Below are positions 21,654-35,480 of a stretch of DNA of 64,000 bases, one piece after another. Numbering within the stretch: position 1 is the first letter of the stretch; each line of letters opens with the position of its first letter. The notes under the pieces are model-generated. The model worked only from the letters and a program-made list of their open reading frames with translations, was not told where the DNA came from and searched no databases. Source of the DNA: an uncultured Thiomicrospira sp. (GTDB taxonomy: Bacteria; Pseudomonadota; Gammaproteobacteria; CAKMZV01); NCBI GenBank assembly GCA_965195345.1, contig OZ239628.1, positions 896,001 through 960,000 of the forward strand, given 5' to 3'. Position numbers and translations under genes: made by a program.

Positions 21654-23018
21654 ATGGCTAGATACAGTGAGTATAGCAGTTTGCAAGTGGTTTTGTTCAG
21701 TCTATTAAGCATATTTATGTTGTCAAATTATAACGCTCATGCTGCTGATTCGCCTGTGCATGAAAAAAAACTTGCGAATGGATTCAGAGTGTTTGTAAAG
21801 GTTGATAATCGATCGCCAGTGGTATCTTCACATGTTTGGTATCGAGTTGGTTCAGTCGATGAATATAGTGGGTCTACAGGATTGTCTCATATTCTTGAAC
21901 ATATGATGTTTCGTGGTACAAAAAAACACCCTAAAGATGCATTTTCGAAGATTGTTAATCAATTTGGCGGAGAGCATAACGCATTTACATCTCGAGATTA
22001 CACCGGTTACTATCAAACCATTGGGTCAGAGCATTTAGAAAAGATGCTTGAGTTGGAAGCAGATCGTATGCGTAACGTTATTTTTGAACAAAAAGGCTTT
22101 GAAAAAGAGCGTGATGTAGTTGCAGAGGAACGTCGATATCGTGTTGAAGATAAACCGCTTAATAGACTTAATGAATTATTCTATGCGACTGCTTATGTTA
22201 CCAGTCCATATCATCATCCAATTATCGGATGGATGAAAGACATAGAGGAGACTCAAATTGATGACTTATACCAATGGTATAACCGATTCTACACACCAAA
22301 TAATGCATTATTAGTGGTTGTTGGAAAAGTGAAGCCAAAAGAAGTGTTTGCTATGGCCGAGGCAACATTTGGAAAAATCAAGCCGAATGTCATGAAGCCT
22401 CTTAAGACGCGCCCTGAAATTCCTCAAAAAGGAGAGCGTAGAGTGGTAATGGAAGCTGATGTTGATTTGCATTATGTTTTGATGGGGTATCACGTCCCCA
22501 GTTTGAAAACAGCGACACAAGATCAGTTGAAAGATGTGTATGCGCTTGATGTTTTATCAGGAATTCTTTCAGGCAGCAGTAGCGCACGTTTGCCAAAAGT
22601 GCTGGTACGTCGTGATAAAGTTGCTAGTAAAGCAAGCAGTTATTACAATATGACTTCTTTAAAGAGTGCTTTGTTTATACTGGATGGGATAGCCGCTCAT
22701 CAAGGCAGTACTTTGTCGGTCGAGCAAGCATTGAATGAAGAAATTGATAGACTCAAAACGGAGTTAGTCAAGGTTGAAGAGTTGGAACGAATAAAAACAA
22801 ATATAAAAGCATCTGAAATATTTCAAAAAGATTCAATTTTTTATCAGGCATATGAAATAGCTTTACTTGAAACAATCGGTGTGGGTTGGAAATTAACTGA
22901 TAAGTATTTAAAAAACATCTCCATGGTTACACAAGAAGATTTACAGCGAGTTGCACGTAAATACCTAGTGAAAAATAACCGTACCACAGCTGTGCTTAAC
23001 CCAACGGAGGAACGCTAG
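21654..23018 (+). CDS. M16 family zinc peptidase, catalytic subunit (start uncertain)
   Basis: HILEH inverted HxxEH motif, NAFTSRDYT; signal peptide ending AHA. Confidence 0.93.
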   Translation: MARYSEYSSLQVVLFSLLSIFMLSNYNAHAADSPVHEKKLANGFRVFVKVDNRSPVVSSHVWYRVGSVDEYSGSTGLSHILEHMMFRGTKKHPKDAFSKIVNQFGGEHNAFTSRDYTGYYQTIGSEHLEKMLELEADRMRNVIFEQKGFEKERDVVAEERRYRVEDKPLNRLNELFYATAYVTSPYHHPIIGWMKDIEETQIDDLYQWYNRFYTPNNALLVVVGKVKPKEVFAMAEATFGKIKPNVMKPLKTRPEIPQKGERRVVMEADVDLHYVLMGYHVPSLKTATQDQLKDVYALDVLSGILSGSSSARLPKVLVRRDKVASKASSYYNMTSLKSALFILDGIAAHQGSTLSVEQALNEEIDRLKTELVKVEELERIKTNIKASEIFQKDSIFYQAYEIALLETIGVGWKLTDKYLKNISMVTQEDLQRVARKYLVKNNRTTAVLNPTEER

Positions 23019-24337
23019 TGTTTCAATTTTGCAAGAATATTCTTTTAACTTTTCTTTTTTTCGCACCTGCTTCATTAGTATGGGGGCAAGACGCGTTTCC
23101 AGAACCAGAGTCTTGGGTTAGTGAAAGTGGGACGCAGATTCGTTATCTTTACGCACCTGAATTAGACATAGTTGATATTCAGATTGTTTTTTCAGCGGGT
23201 TCAGCGCGTGATGGAAAAAAGGCAGGTGTTGCTTCCATAACCAATGCGCTTCTTGCTCATGGAAGTAAGGTGTTACCAGAGGAAAAACTGAATCATAGTA
23301 TGGACGGATTGGGAATACATTGGTCGGTAAGAAGTTTACGTGATATGGCAATTTTAACGTTGAGAAGTTTGAATGATGCTGATCATTTGGATAAAGCAAT
23401 AGGACATATTTCTCATATCCTGAGTGAACCACATTTTCCTCAAGAAGGGCTGCAACGGATTATAAATAGTCGTACTGTTGAATTACGCGCGCTTGCCAGT
23501 CGAGCGTCCTATGTTCTCGATAGAGCTTGGTGGCAGAAGCTTTACCCTAATCATCCTTATGCTTCTCCTCCGTATGGAACAATTGAATCCTTGGCAAGTA
23601 TTCAAAGAGATGATCTGGTTTCGTTCCATAAAAAATATTATGTGACTAAAAATATGACCATTGCAATGGTTGGTAACATCAGTAAAGAAAAAGCTCAAGC
23701 TATTGCAAAACGATTGACAAGCAATCTTCCTAAGGGCAAGAAAGCAGCAGAGTTGCCTCAACCTGAAGCATTAAATGCAGCTGAAGAGTTCATCGAAGTT
23801 GATGCAAAGCAAGCGCATATTCGTATGGGTACTTTAGGTGTATCAAGATATGGAAGTTTACGCCACTATACTGCACTGTATCTCGCCAATTATTTGCTTG
23901 GGGGTAATGGACTCGTGTCTGATTTAAGCATTGAAGTACGAGAGAAAAGAGGTCTTGCCTATAGTGTCCATAGTAGCTTTAGACCCATGGCATCACGAGG
24001 TCCTTTCAGTATTTCTTTGCAAACACGCAGTTCTAAAGAAAAAGAGTCCATTCAAGTAGTGAATGATACGTTAAGTAAATTTGTGGATACTATAGACGAA
24101 GAAAGAGTTAATGAAGCTCGTGAAAGCATCCTTGGAAAATTTATTTTAGGTTTAGATAGTAACGCAGAAATGGTTTTATATCTCGGGTTAATGGGGTTCT
24201 ATAACCTTCCAAATAGTTATTTAAATAATTTCATCAAGGAGATTGAAACGCTTGATGCTGAATTCGTACGCGAAACATTCAAGCGCTATCTTGCTAATAA
24301 TTCTTTAGTCTTGGTGAGTGTAGGTAACGGAATCTGA
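23018..24337 (+). CDS. M16 family peptidase, non-catalytic partner subunit
   Basis: AGSARD, HPY and EVREKRGLAY motifs; lacks HxxEH. Confidence 0.9.
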   Translation: MFQFCKNILLTFLFFAPASLVWGQDAFPEPESWVSESGTQIRYLYAPELDIVDIQIVFSAGSARDGKKAGVASITNALLAHGSKVLPEEKLNHSMDGLGIHWSVRSLRDMAILTLRSLNDADHLDKAIGHISHILSEPHFPQEGLQRIINSRTVELRALASRASYVLDRAWWQKLYPNHPYASPPYGTIESLASIQRDDLVSFHKKYYVTKNMTIAMVGNISKEKAQAIAKRLTSNLPKGKKAAELPQPEALNAAEEFIEVDAKQAHIRMGTLGVSRYGSLRHYTALYLANYLLGGNGLVSDLSIEVREKRGLAYSVHSSFRPMASRGPFSISLQTRSSKEKESIQVVNDTLSKFVDTIDEERVNEARESILGKFILGLDSNAEMVLYLGLMGFYNLPNSYLNNFIKEIETLDAEFVRETFKRYLANNSLVLVSVGNGI

Positions 24338-24358
24338 TAATCATCGGAACTAAAATTG

Positions 24359-24910
24359 ATGAAAAATGGCACTACTCGGGTGATTAGTGGTATACATGGT
24401 TCTAGAAAAATATCCTTTTTACCAATTAAAAATTTGCGGCCAACAACGGATAGAATTCGTGAAACTCTATTTAATTGGTTGCAAAATTCTATAGCTGGTA
24501 GCTATTGTCTTGACGCATTTTCTGGGTCAGGTTCTCTTGGAATAGAGGCATTATCAAGAGGAGCATCCTCCGTTAAGTTTATTGAAAAGAATAAGGCACA
24601 GTGCAGTCATTTGCAAAAAGAGTTATTCAATTTAAAAATCGATATTGAGGCTATTAATGCTGATTTTTTTGCATGGGCAAAATCACAAAATGAGCAGTTT
24701 GACGTCATTTTTCTCGATCCACCTTTTTTAGAAAATTTCTGGCAAAGGAGTTTTGACACTATTGCATCTAATAATATTATTAAGATGAATGGGCATGTTT
24801 ACTTGGAACACCCGTCTAATATAGAGATGAGCTACGCTAATTGTTGGAAACTAATAAAATCAGAAACCTATGGCAGGGTGTCATTTAATCTTTTGCAGAA
24901 AGTAGCGTAA
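24359..24910 (+). CDS. rsmD: 16S rRNA m2G966 methyltransferase
   Basis: RPTTDRIRETLFNWL, DAFSGSGSLG and DPPF motifs. Confidence 0.95.
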   Translation: MKNGTTRVISGIHGSRKISFLPIKNLRPTTDRIRETLFNWLQNSIAGSYCLDAFSGSGSLGIEALSRGASSVKFIEKNKAQCSHLQKELFNLKIDIEAINADFFAWAKSQNEQFDVIFLDPPFLENFWQRSFDTIASNNIIKMNGHVYLEHPSNIEMSYANCWKLIKSETYGRVSFNLLQKVA

Positions 24911-24936
24911 CACTACTTTAAATAGCGAAGGGCCAT

Positions 24937-24976
24937 TAAAAAAAGCCGTGATTTAAGAAAAACCACGGCTTTTTTA
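24937..24976. terminator. Bidirectional intrinsic terminator between rsmD and the symporter gene
   Basis: AAAAAAGCCGTG...CACGGCTTTTTT inverted repeat between convergent genes. Confidence 0.85.
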
Positions 24977-24992
24977 GTTAACTTTTTTATGT

Positions 24993-26354
24993 CTAGATGG
25001 ACATACGTTGTTGGTTATCGAAGTAATCTCGAGTTACTTTGAATACCATGGGTGCTAATAGAATAAGCCCGATAAGGTTTGGAATGGCCATTAATCCATT
25101 CAAGGTGTCGGATAGGTTCCATACAAGTTGTACTTCAAAGTTAGCAAATGATAGTGCAGCAACGACCCACATAACTCGATAAATTATAAGTGTCTTTTCA
25201 CTGAATAAAAATTGCCAACATCTTTCACCATAGTACGACCAACCAAGGATTGTAGTGAAGGCAAAAACAGCTAGAGCGATTGTAACTATGTACTCACCTC
25301 CAGGAATGCTATTTCCAAAGGCGAGAGAAGTTAAGGCTGCTCCATTTTCACCTGAAGTCCATGCGCCTGAAGTCAGTATCACTAATGCAGTCATAGTACA
25401 AACGATTAAAGTATCTATGAACGTGCCTAACATTGCAATTATGCCTTGTTTTACAGGATTGTCTGTTTGAGCTGCTGCGTGTGCTATAGCGGCAGAACCC
25501 AAGCCAGATTCATTTGAAAATACACCTCTTGCAACCCCAAAACGAATTGCCGCGGCTACGGCAGCACCTGCAAACCCACCTGCTGCTGCTGCTGGATTAA
25601 ATGCATGATAGAAAATCAATCCAAAAGCATGTGGTATTTCTGAAATATTAATTATGAGAATAACAAATGCGGCGCCAATGTATAGGACGATCATGGTGGG
25701 AACCAGCTTTCCTGCAACTTCTGCTATGCGTTTAATACCACCAAAAATAACGAAAGCGACTAAAGCTGCGACAATAATTCCCGTGATATAGGTTGGAACA
25801 TTAAAGTTAGTAACTAAGACAGCTGCCATTGAGTTAACTTGAACTGCGTTACCTATGCCAAAAGCAGCGATTGCTCCAAAAATTGCAAATGTAATACCCA
25901 ACCACTTTCCTAATCCTGGAGCCGATTCGCCAACACCATTACGAAGGTAATACATTGGACCGCCAACGTACTTTCCATCGGCATCTACTTCTCTGTATGT
26001 AACAGCACAAACCGCTTCAGCGTATTTAGTTGCCATTCCAAACAGCGCAATAACCCACATATAGAAAATAGCGCCTGGACCACCCAGTGCAATTGCGGTT
26101 GCGACACCAGCAATATTACCAGTACCAACTGTCGCAGATAAGGCTGTCATTAAAGCATTAAATGGTTTAACTTCTCCAGCTCCTGTAGATTCACTTTTAT
26201 CGAAGAGTAATTTGAAACCATATCCAACTTTACGCCAAGGCATAAAAACCAGACCTAAAGTAAGTAAAAGACCCGTAAATCCAAGAGCAGATAGCATAGG
26301 TGGACCCCATGCAAAGCTATTAACACTGCTTATAAAATTGTTTAAAGATTCCAT
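24993..26354 (-). CDS. Alanine/glycine:cation symporter (AGCS family)
   Basis: ATVGTGNIAGVA, GGPMYY and RGVFSNESGLG motifs. Confidence 0.95.
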   Translation of the reverse strand: MESLNNFISSVNSFAWGPPMLSALGFTGLLLTLGLVFMPWRKVGYGFKLLFDKSESTGAGEVKPFNALMTALSATVGTGNIAGVATAIALGGPGAIFYMWVIALFGMATKYAEAVCAVTYREVDADGKYVGGPMYYLRNGVGESAPGLGKWLGITFAIFGAIAAFGIGNAVQVNSMAAVLVTNFNVPTYITGIIVAALVAFVIFGGIKRIAEVAGKLVPTMIVLYIGAAFVILIINISEIPHAFGLIFYHAFNPAAAAGGFAGAAVAAAIRFGVARGVFSNESGLGSAAIAHAAAQTDNPVKQGIIAMLGTFIDTLIVCTMTALVILTSGAWTSGENGAALTSLAFGNSIPGGEYIVTIALAVFAFTTILGWSYYGERCWQFLFSEKTLIIYRVMWVVAALSFANFEVQLVWNLSDTLNGLMAIPNLIGLILLAPMVFKVTRDYFDNQQRMSI

Positions 26355-26455
26355 AGTTTTTCCTATTAAAATATTAAATTTAAAAAACAAAAAACGAATT
26401 GTTTCTATGATGTTAAGGCAAATATAACACAGAATGAATGCGTTGGCTATTTAAA

Positions 26456-27373
26456 TTATAGAAAGTGCTGGAGTATTTTTTTAAAGGGTAAATCTCTATT
26501 GAGATCGTTTCCTTCGGTTTCAATTCTAACGACCTCTGGAAAACGGTTGAGCCATGTCTTTTGTTTTTTAGCCAGTTGAGATGTCGCTATAATGGTTTTT
26601 TCAATGGCAGTTTCACGGCTATAATCTCCGTCAAGGTACTGCCACCATTGACGATAACCAACTGCGCGAATAGATTGCGAATCTTTGGTTAAATCTCCAC
26701 GCAATCGTAATCTTTCAATTTCATCAGAGAAACCACTTTCAAGCATTTTTATAAATCGCATTGCTATTATTTGTCGATGCTGTTCTCGGTTTTGAGGTAC
26801 GATTGCTACGGCTTTGTATTGATAGGGAAATGAATGCACTTCTTTGTAATAATCGTGTCTGCTTTTCCCACCGTTCTGCTGCACGCACAGAGCTCTAATA
26901 ATTCGTTGGTGATCTTTAGGATGGAGAAGAGATGCACTAAGTGGATCTTTTTCTCTAAGTAAGGCAAACAAAGCGTCGCTTCCTTGCTCTGCGAGGATGT
27001 TTTGGAAGTGTAAACGTTGTTTTTCCTCACTTCTTGGTAATTTTGACAAGCCATGCAAAAGAGCGTTAAAGTAGAGCATCGTGCCACCAACAAGAATAGA
27101 AGGCTTCCCATTTTCTCTATTTTTTTGTATCAATGCATTTGCTTGATCTACAAAAAGAGCAACAGAATATGATGCGTTTGCATCTAAAATATCGATTAAA
27201 TGATGCTTTACACCTTGCCGTTCTTCTTCCGTTGGCTTAGCTGTACCAATGTTCATGCCACGATATATCATAGCAGAATCAACACTTATGATATCGCAAT
27301 TCAATTTTTTTGCTAATCTAATGGCTAAGTCTGTTTTACCAGTAGCTGTCGGGCCCATCAATGCGTATATCAC
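26456..27373 (-). CDS. miaA: tRNA dimethylallyltransferase
   Basis: GPTATGKT, DSAMIYRGMNIGTAKP and VGGTMLY motifs. Confidence 0.97.
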   Translation of the reverse strand: MIYALMGPTATGKTDLAIRLAKKLNCDIISVDSAMIYRGMNIGTAKPTEEERQGVKHHLIDILDANASYSVALFVDQANALIQKNRENGKPSILVGGTMLYFNALLHGLSKLPRSEEKQRLHFQNILAEQGSDALFALLREKDPLSASLLHPKDHQRIIRALCVQQNGGKSRHDYYKEVHSFPYQYKAVAIVPQNREQHRQIIAMRFIKMLESGFSDEIERLRLRGDLTKDSQSIRAVGYRQWWQYLDGDYSRETAIEKTIIATSQLAKKQKTWLNRFPEVVRIETEGNDLNRDLPFKKILQHFL

Positions 27374-27380
27374 GACCTTT

Positions 27381-29135
27381 TTACTGTCCGCGCTTAAACC
27401 AGCTATTCATTTCGGACATATTGAAATTTCGAATTATGGGGCGCCCGTGGTTACAGACTTCTCCTGATTCTGTGTTTTCAAGTTGACGCAAAAGAAGATT
27501 CATTTCGGTAATATTCATTGGTCGATTGGCTCGCACTGCAGCATGACAGGCGATGGTGGAAAGAAAAGAATCAATATTTGTTTGAATGCGCTCTGAATGG
27601 ACACTTTCCAAAGATAAATCAGATAGGGCGTCAAGAACTGTTTTTTTAATGTCAGAATTAATCAAAATGGAAGGTATCTGTCTAATGATTGCAGCGCTAT
27701 TGCTGGCTGGTTCTATAATGAATTTGAGCGATTCAAAATGACTTTGATGCATTTGGAGAACACTAAATTCGTTCGCGCTTAATGAAAGGCTAATAGGAAC
27801 TAGTAATTGTTGGGCAGTCAAGCTTGTAGCGTCTAAATGTTTCTTAAGTTTTTGGTAAAGAATACGTTCATGTGCCCCATGTGCATCAACAACACACATA
27901 CCATTTTGCGTCATGCTGATAATGAATACACCATGAATGTAGGCGACAGCTTCTCCCAATGGATGCTCTGTATCAACCGAAGTGTACTCAAGTGGATTTG
28001 AATCTTTTACAAAGAGCGCGTAATCTTGAAACGACTGAGGATTGTTGCTTGAGTTCGCTTGATATGAAGAATAACTTGCTTTTTGCATTGGAAGTTTGGG
28101 ATTTTCTAATACGGGAATATTTTTTTTGACTAGAGGAGTGCCTTTAGCACTGTCTTTAATTGGTCGGGTAATAACATGGTGTATCGCTTGTTGGATGAAG
28201 GAAAATATATTCGTATCACGAAATCGAACCTCTGATTTTTCAGGATGAACGTTAACATCAACGGCGTTTGGAGGCAGTTGTAAATAACAAATGAATGCAG
28301 GGAATCGGTCGTGGTACATTTGATCGCGGTAGGCTCTTTTAGCGGCACCTGAGAGTAGTTTGTCACGTACTATTCGATTATTAACAAACCAATATTGCAT
28401 GTTTCCTTGTGGGCGCGAGAAGACAGGTTTTGCCAAAAAACCATGCAATCTTAAATCACCTTGTGTAACGTCAATGGCAATCATTGACTCTTTAAATTCT
28501 TCGCCGCATATTTGAAGAATACGCTGCTTGAATGACTCTTCGTCAGTACCTGCTGCGCATTTGAAAACATTGCGTTGATTATGAGATACGCTAAACCCAC
28601 AATGAGGCCAGCCTAAGGATAATCGGTGTATGGTATTTAGACATTGGCGAAATTCGGTTGATTCCGAACGCATAAATTTGCGTCTTGCTGGTAGATTGTA
28701 AAACAGCTCGCGTATAGAGACATTAGTACCCACAGTACCTGCTGACGGTTGAACGTCACCATCACTAAACTTCCAACTGTGTGGAGCATCCGCTGTGCGA
28801 GAAGTAATTGAAAAATGACTGACAGCATTTATACTTGCTAAAGCTTCCCCTCTAAACCCTAACGTTTCAATGGACTCAAGATCGGATGAAGAAGCTATCT
28901 TACTGGTTGCATGTGACCACACAGTACGAGGCAAATCTTCCTTATCAATGCCGTGTCCATTATCATTAACAATAATGCTTTTGAGCCCGCCTTTTTCAAG
29001 ATGAATATTGATTTCAGTAGCATTAGCATCGATGGCATTTTCAATTAACTCTTTGATGACGGATGCTGGACGTTCAACAACTTCACCTGCAGCTATCTGA
29101 TTAGATAATTCATTTGATAGAAGTTTGATTTTCAT
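27381..29135 (-). CDS. mutL: DNA mismatch repair protein MutL
   Basis: NQIAAGEVVERP, GFRGEALAS, DAHGAHER and CNHGRP motifs. Confidence 0.98.
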   Translation of the reverse strand: MKIKLLSNELSNQIAAGEVVERPASVIKELIENAIDANATEINIHLEKGGLKSIIVNDNGHGIDKEDLPRTVWSHATSKIASSSDLESIETLGFRGEALASINAVSHFSITSRTADAPHSWKFSDGDVQPSAGTVGTNVSIRELFYNLPARRKFMRSESTEFRQCLNTIHRLSLGWPHCGFSVSHNQRNVFKCAAGTDEESFKQRILQICGEEFKESMIAIDVTQGDLRLHGFLAKPVFSRPQGNMQYWFVNNRIVRDKLLSGAAKRAYRDQMYHDRFPAFICYLQLPPNAVDVNVHPEKSEVRFRDTNIFSFIQQAIHHVITRPIKDSAKGTPLVKKNIPVLENPKLPMQKASYSSYQANSSNNPQSFQDYALFVKDSNPLEYTSVDTEHPLGEAVAYIHGVFIISMTQNGMCVVDAHGAHERILYQKLKKHLDATSLTAQQLLVPISLSLSANEFSVLQMHQSHFESLKFIIEPASNSAAIIRQIPSILINSDIKKTVLDALSDLSLESVHSERIQTNIDSFLSTIACHAAVRANRPMNITEMNLLLRQLENTESGEVCNHGRPIIRNFNMSEMNSWFKRGQ

Positions 29136-29160
29136 GGAACTAACGCAAAATTTGCGATAA

Positions 29161-30573
29161 TCAATTATTAGGGATCACTAATACTTGTCCGATAAGGATA
29201 TCATTGGTTGTTAAATTATTTCGTTTTTTCAAGTCGGTTACTCGAATGTTGTAAAGTTGAGCTATGTGATATAGCGTATCTCCATTCTGAACACGATATT
29301 CTTCTTCTTCTTCCTTAGAGTCGAACTTGGGTAGCGAGCGGCGCACAATGAGGTGCTTATTTTTGTATTCGCGCAATCCTTTGAAAATTGTTTGTGCGAT
29401 ACGCTTTTGTACAGTTTTTGAGGATAATCGCTTAGCATCTTCTTTGTTGGTGATAAATCCAGTCTCAATTAATATAGCAGAGATTGATGAACGTAAAACA
29501 GCAAAGTTTGCGCTATGTGTTTTTTTAAATGCAATAGGTCCTATAGAGGATAAATTTTTCAACATGATTTGTGCAAGCATTGCGCTTTGATTGCTTTTGG
29601 CTTGCAATTGGATTTCAGATAAAGCTTTTTTGAGATCACTTGGCATGTTGTCGAAGTCAACATCAAATCCGTCTACAATGTTTTGATTTCTAGCTAATCC
29701 CCTTGCTAGCGCGTCAGACGCTTTTTCAGAAAGCGTATATACAGATGCTCCTTTGATTTCTGGGTTGGACGGTAGGGCATCGGCGTGAATTGAAATAAAA
29801 ATATCAGCACCTGCTTGATTTGCTCGTTTTACGCGCTCCATAAGAGGTATTTTCTTATCAGTTTGCCTAGTAGCTTCCACGTCAAAGTAAGGGTCTTTCT
29901 CAAGAATCTCAAAGAGAATGCGAGAAATACTCAAGACTATGTTTTTTTCCGTCACACCATTGGCTTGGGCTCCTGGATCAATGCCTCCATGGCCCGGATC
30001 TAAAACAACCTTCGCTTTTACTTGAAATGTTTTTTCTGCGGAATTAATGTCAAGGGGTTTGTCTGTTGCAGGTGTTGATTTTAAATCCAAATCTGATGAT
30101 GAATCGCCGTTCGGTTGATCTTTCTTATAGTAACCTTTGGTAGAGGGTTTGCCAAATATTACCACTAATTGATTATTTCCTTTTTCGGTAATTAATACAT
30201 CATCAATTTCGACGTCTTTATACAAATCGAAAACAATTCGGGTTGTGAGAAAACCATCTTCTAGTCGCACTCCAGTGCGAATGTTTTTCAATATGGCATC
30301 ATCTAAATTTCGGTCAAGTTTAACGCGCGTTTTTGCATCTTTGATATCAATAACATATCGAAATGGCTTTCCTTCTCCAAAATTAGCTTGAAGCTTAAAA
30401 GCTTTATATTCAAATGATTTATTTGCATTGATATTAGCTTGAGCAGTTTCTTGATCTGCAGAATAGCTGATGTGAACGCCTAAAATAGTCGTCACTGCAT
30501 AAGACCATGTAGGGAACAGTAGAGAAAAAAACAGGGCAAGCAGAATGTAAGAGACTTTGAAATTATTTTGCAT
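29161..30573 (-). CDS. amiB: N-acetylmuramoyl-L-alanine amidase with AMIN and LysM domains
   Basis: LDPGHGGIDPGA, FISIHAD and ETGFITN motifs; C-terminal YRVQNGDTL LysM; tsaE-amiB-mutL-miaA synteny. Confidence 0.9.
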   Translation of the reverse strand: MQNNFKVSYILLALFFSLLFPTWSYAVTTILGVHISYSADQETAQANINANKSFEYKAFKLQANFGEGKPFRYVIDIKDAKTRVKLDRNLDDAILKNIRTGVRLEDGFLTTRIVFDLYKDVEIDDVLITEKGNNQLVVIFGKPSTKGYYKKDQPNGDSSSDLDLKSTPATDKPLDINSAEKTFQVKAKVVLDPGHGGIDPGAQANGVTEKNIVLSISRILFEILEKDPYFDVEATRQTDKKIPLMERVKRANQAGADIFISIHADALPSNPEIKGASVYTLSEKASDALARGLARNQNIVDGFDVDFDNMPSDLKKALSEIQLQAKSNQSAMLAQIMLKNLSSIGPIAFKKTHSANFAVLRSSISAILIETGFITNKEDAKRLSSKTVQKRIAQTIFKGLREYKNKHLIVRRSLPKFDSKEEEEEYRVQNGDTLYHIAQLYNIRVTDLKKRNNLTTNDILIGQVLVIPNN

Positions 30574-31034
30574 AGCTTTTACATTGTAAGCCAAAATTAT
30601 TGTTATCTTGTTGTTGTATGCGGATTTTTCGAGTGTTTTTATCAACATGCTCCATTTCTACTAGCATGTCAGGAGCAGGGAGCACAGTAGATACTATTTT
30701 TGGCCATTCTATAAGTGTTATAGATCGGGGAGTTAAACAAGAATAAAAATCAAATGCTTCTAATTCAAAAGGATCTAAAACACGATAAAAATCCGCATGA
30801 TTGATGGCTAATCCATCACTGCTTTTGTAGATGTTAAGCAATTCATAAGTTGGACTCTTCACTAAAACTTCACCACATAAAGTATGAATGAATGATCGGC
30901 AAAATGCGGTCTTACCAGCGCCTTGCTCCCCTTGTAAAAACAGCATGAGAGTGGCATTTCCTATTTGTTGAGCCAAGTCATCGGCTAGTTTACTGGCAAT
31001 GGATTGTGTTTGTGACAAGCAAGTTGCCGTTATT

Positions 31035-31042
<8 letters not shown>
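30563..31042 (-). CDS. tsaE: tRNA threonylcarbamoyladenosine biosynthesis ATPase
   Basis: GEQGAGKT, SPTY, HADFYR and IEWP motifs. Confidence 0.94.
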
Positions 31043-33467
<2,425 letters not shown>

Positions 33468-33475
33468 GATTAAAG

Positions 33476-35317
33476 TTAATCAACTGAACGAACGGCACCG
33501 TTTGAGGCATTAGTAACCATTTTTGCATAGGCTTTTAGAGCAGTGGAAACTTTGCGTGTTCTTAACTCATGAGGCATCCATGCATTATTTTTTCGACCTT
33601 CCTCAGCTTTACGTCTTTTCTGCAGTATAGCGTCGTCAACTTTCAAATGAATACTTCTATTAGGTATGTTAATTTCAATTACATCACCATCTTCAACTAA
33701 AGCTATTAAACCACCTTCGGCGGCTTCAGGAGAGACATGACCAATTGATAATCCGGAGGTTCCTCCAGAAAATCGCCCATCAGTAAGTAGAGCGCACGCT
33801 TTACCCAAGCCTTTCGATTTTAGATAGCTCGTAGGGTAGAGCATCTCTTGCATGCCCGGTCCACCTTTGGGGCCTTCGTAGCGAATGACGAGAACGTCGC
33901 CTTCATTAATTTGATTGTCTAAAATGGCAGAAACAGCACTATCTTGGCTTTCAAAAACGCGTGCTTTACCAGTAAAACAAAGGATAGATTCATCAACTCC
34001 CGCAGTTTTAACAACGCATCCTTGTTCTGCAATATTACCAAACAAGACTGCTAAGCCACCGTCTTTACTAAAGGCATGTTCTACATCGCGAATACAGCCA
34101 TTTGCGCGGTCTATATCCAAACTTTTCCAGCGTTTTTCTTGACCGAATGCTTGCGTGGTTCTTATGCCACCAGGGGCGGCTGAATAAAATTTGAGTATCG
34201 CTTCGTCTTTGGTGCGCGAAATGTCCCATTTATCAATGGCATCTTTAATGGTGGGGCAGTGAACGGTGGCACATTGATTGTTAATTAACCCAGCATTGTC
34301 AAGTTGTCCAAGAAAAGCCATGATGCCACCAGCACGATGTACGTCTTCCATGTGATAGGTTTGAGAATTTGGTGCTATTTTAGAAAGGCAGGGCACTTTG
34401 CGTGATAGACGATCAATATCGTCCAAACCAAAATCTATTTCTCCTTCTTTTGCAGCTGCTAACAAATGAAGAATAGTATTAGTAGATCCCCCCATCGCAA
34501 TGTCGAGAGTGATGGCATTTTCAAAGGCGGAAAAATTCGCAATGGAGCGAGGCAAAACGCTGTAATCATCATTATCATAGTGTTTTTTTGCCAAAGAAAC
34601 TATTAAAGAACCAGCGTCTAAAAAAAGTTGTTTGCGATCTATATGCGTTGCTAAACAAGAGCCGTTGCCTGGCAAAGCCAAGCCAATTGCTTCGGTCAAA
34701 CAATTCATGGAGTTTGCAGTAAACATTCCAGAGCATGAACCGCAAGTTGGACAAGCGCTTTCTTCGTAAACACCCACCTCAGCATCACTTAAACTGTCAT
34801 CGACAGCTTTTACCATGGCATCAATTAAATCAACTTTGATGGATTGACCACCAAGAATTGCTTTGCCAGCTTCCATTGGACCACCTGAGACAAAAATCGT
34901 TGGAATATTTAAACGCATTGCAGCGTTAAACATTCCTGGGGTTATCTTGTCACAATTAGATATACATATTAAGGCATCCGCACAATGTGCATTACACATA
35001 TATTCAACAGAATCTGCGATCAAATCGCGCGAAGGTAAAGAATAGAGCATGCCATCATGCCCCATAGCAATGCCATCATCGACTGCGATGGTATTAAACT
35101 CTTTAGCAATTCCACCCGATTTCTCCACTTGTCTTGCGACCAGTTGCCCCATGTCTTTAAGATGTACATGCCCGGGTACAAACTGAGTGAATGAATTAGA
35201 AATAGCAACGATGGGTTTGCCAAAGTCTGCAGGACCTACACCTGTAGCACGCCATAAGGCACGAGCCCCGGCCATATTTCGTCCGTCTGTAGAAGTTTTT
35301 GAGCGGTATTCAGGCAT
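33476..35317 (-). CDS. ilvD: Dihydroxy-acid dehydratase
   Basis: [23 protein letters not shown] and TDGRFSGGT motifs. Confidence 0.98.
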   Translation of the reverse strand: MPEYRSKTSTDGRNMAGARALWRATGVGPADFGKPIVAISNSFTQFVPGHVHLKDMGQLVARQVEKSGGIAKEFNTIAVDDGIAMGHDGMLYSLPSRDLIADSVEYMCNAHCADALICISNCDKITPGMFNAAMRLNIPTIFVSGGPMEAGKAILGGQSIKVDLIDAMVKAVDDSLSDAEVGVYEESACPTCGSCSGMFTANSMNCLTEAIGLALPGNGSCLATHIDRKQLFLDAGSLIVSLAKKHYDNDDYSVLPRSIANFSAFENAITLDIAMGGSTNTILHLLAAAKEGEIDFGLDDIDRLSRKVPCLSKIAPNSQTYHMEDVHRAGGIMAFLGQLDNAGLINNQCATVHCPTIKDAIDKWDISRTKDEAILKFYSAAPGGIRTTQAFGQEKRWKSLDIDRANGCIRDVEHAFSKDGGLAVLFGNIAEQGCVVKTAGVDESILCFTGKARVFESQDSAVSAILDNQINEGDVLVIRYEGPKGGPGMQEMLYPTSYLKSKGLGKACALLTDGRFSGGTSGLSIGHVSPEAAEGGLIALVEDGDVIEINIPNRSIHLKVDDAILQKRRKAEEGRKNNAWMPHELRTRKVSTALKAYAKMVTNASNGAVRSVD

Positions 35318-35398
35318 AATATCTTTAGGTTTTGGCTACAATTATCGAGGATTCTTTATCAGGGTAATTGTACTGTAAATGCGTTTTTCTTTATTTTT

Positions 35399-35474
35399 TG
35401 GTCTCCCCGTCAGGACTTGAACCTGAATTTAGAGCTTAGGAGGCACCCGTTTTATCCAGTTAAACTACGGAGAG
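35399..35474 (-). tRNA. tRNA-Arg(CCT)
   Basis: Cloverleaf read by hand: acceptor CTCTCCG/CGGGGAG, anticodon loop CT-CCT-AA, T arm TCAGG-TTCAAGT-CCTGA, CCA end. Confidence 0.92.
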
Positions 35475-35480
35475 GTTACC

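Noticed and set aside
26355-26455. Glycine riboswitch upstream of the AGCS symporter
   Set aside because: The gap is only ~100 bp, very AT-rich, and lacks the GGAGA/CAGG/CTCT aptamer elements.
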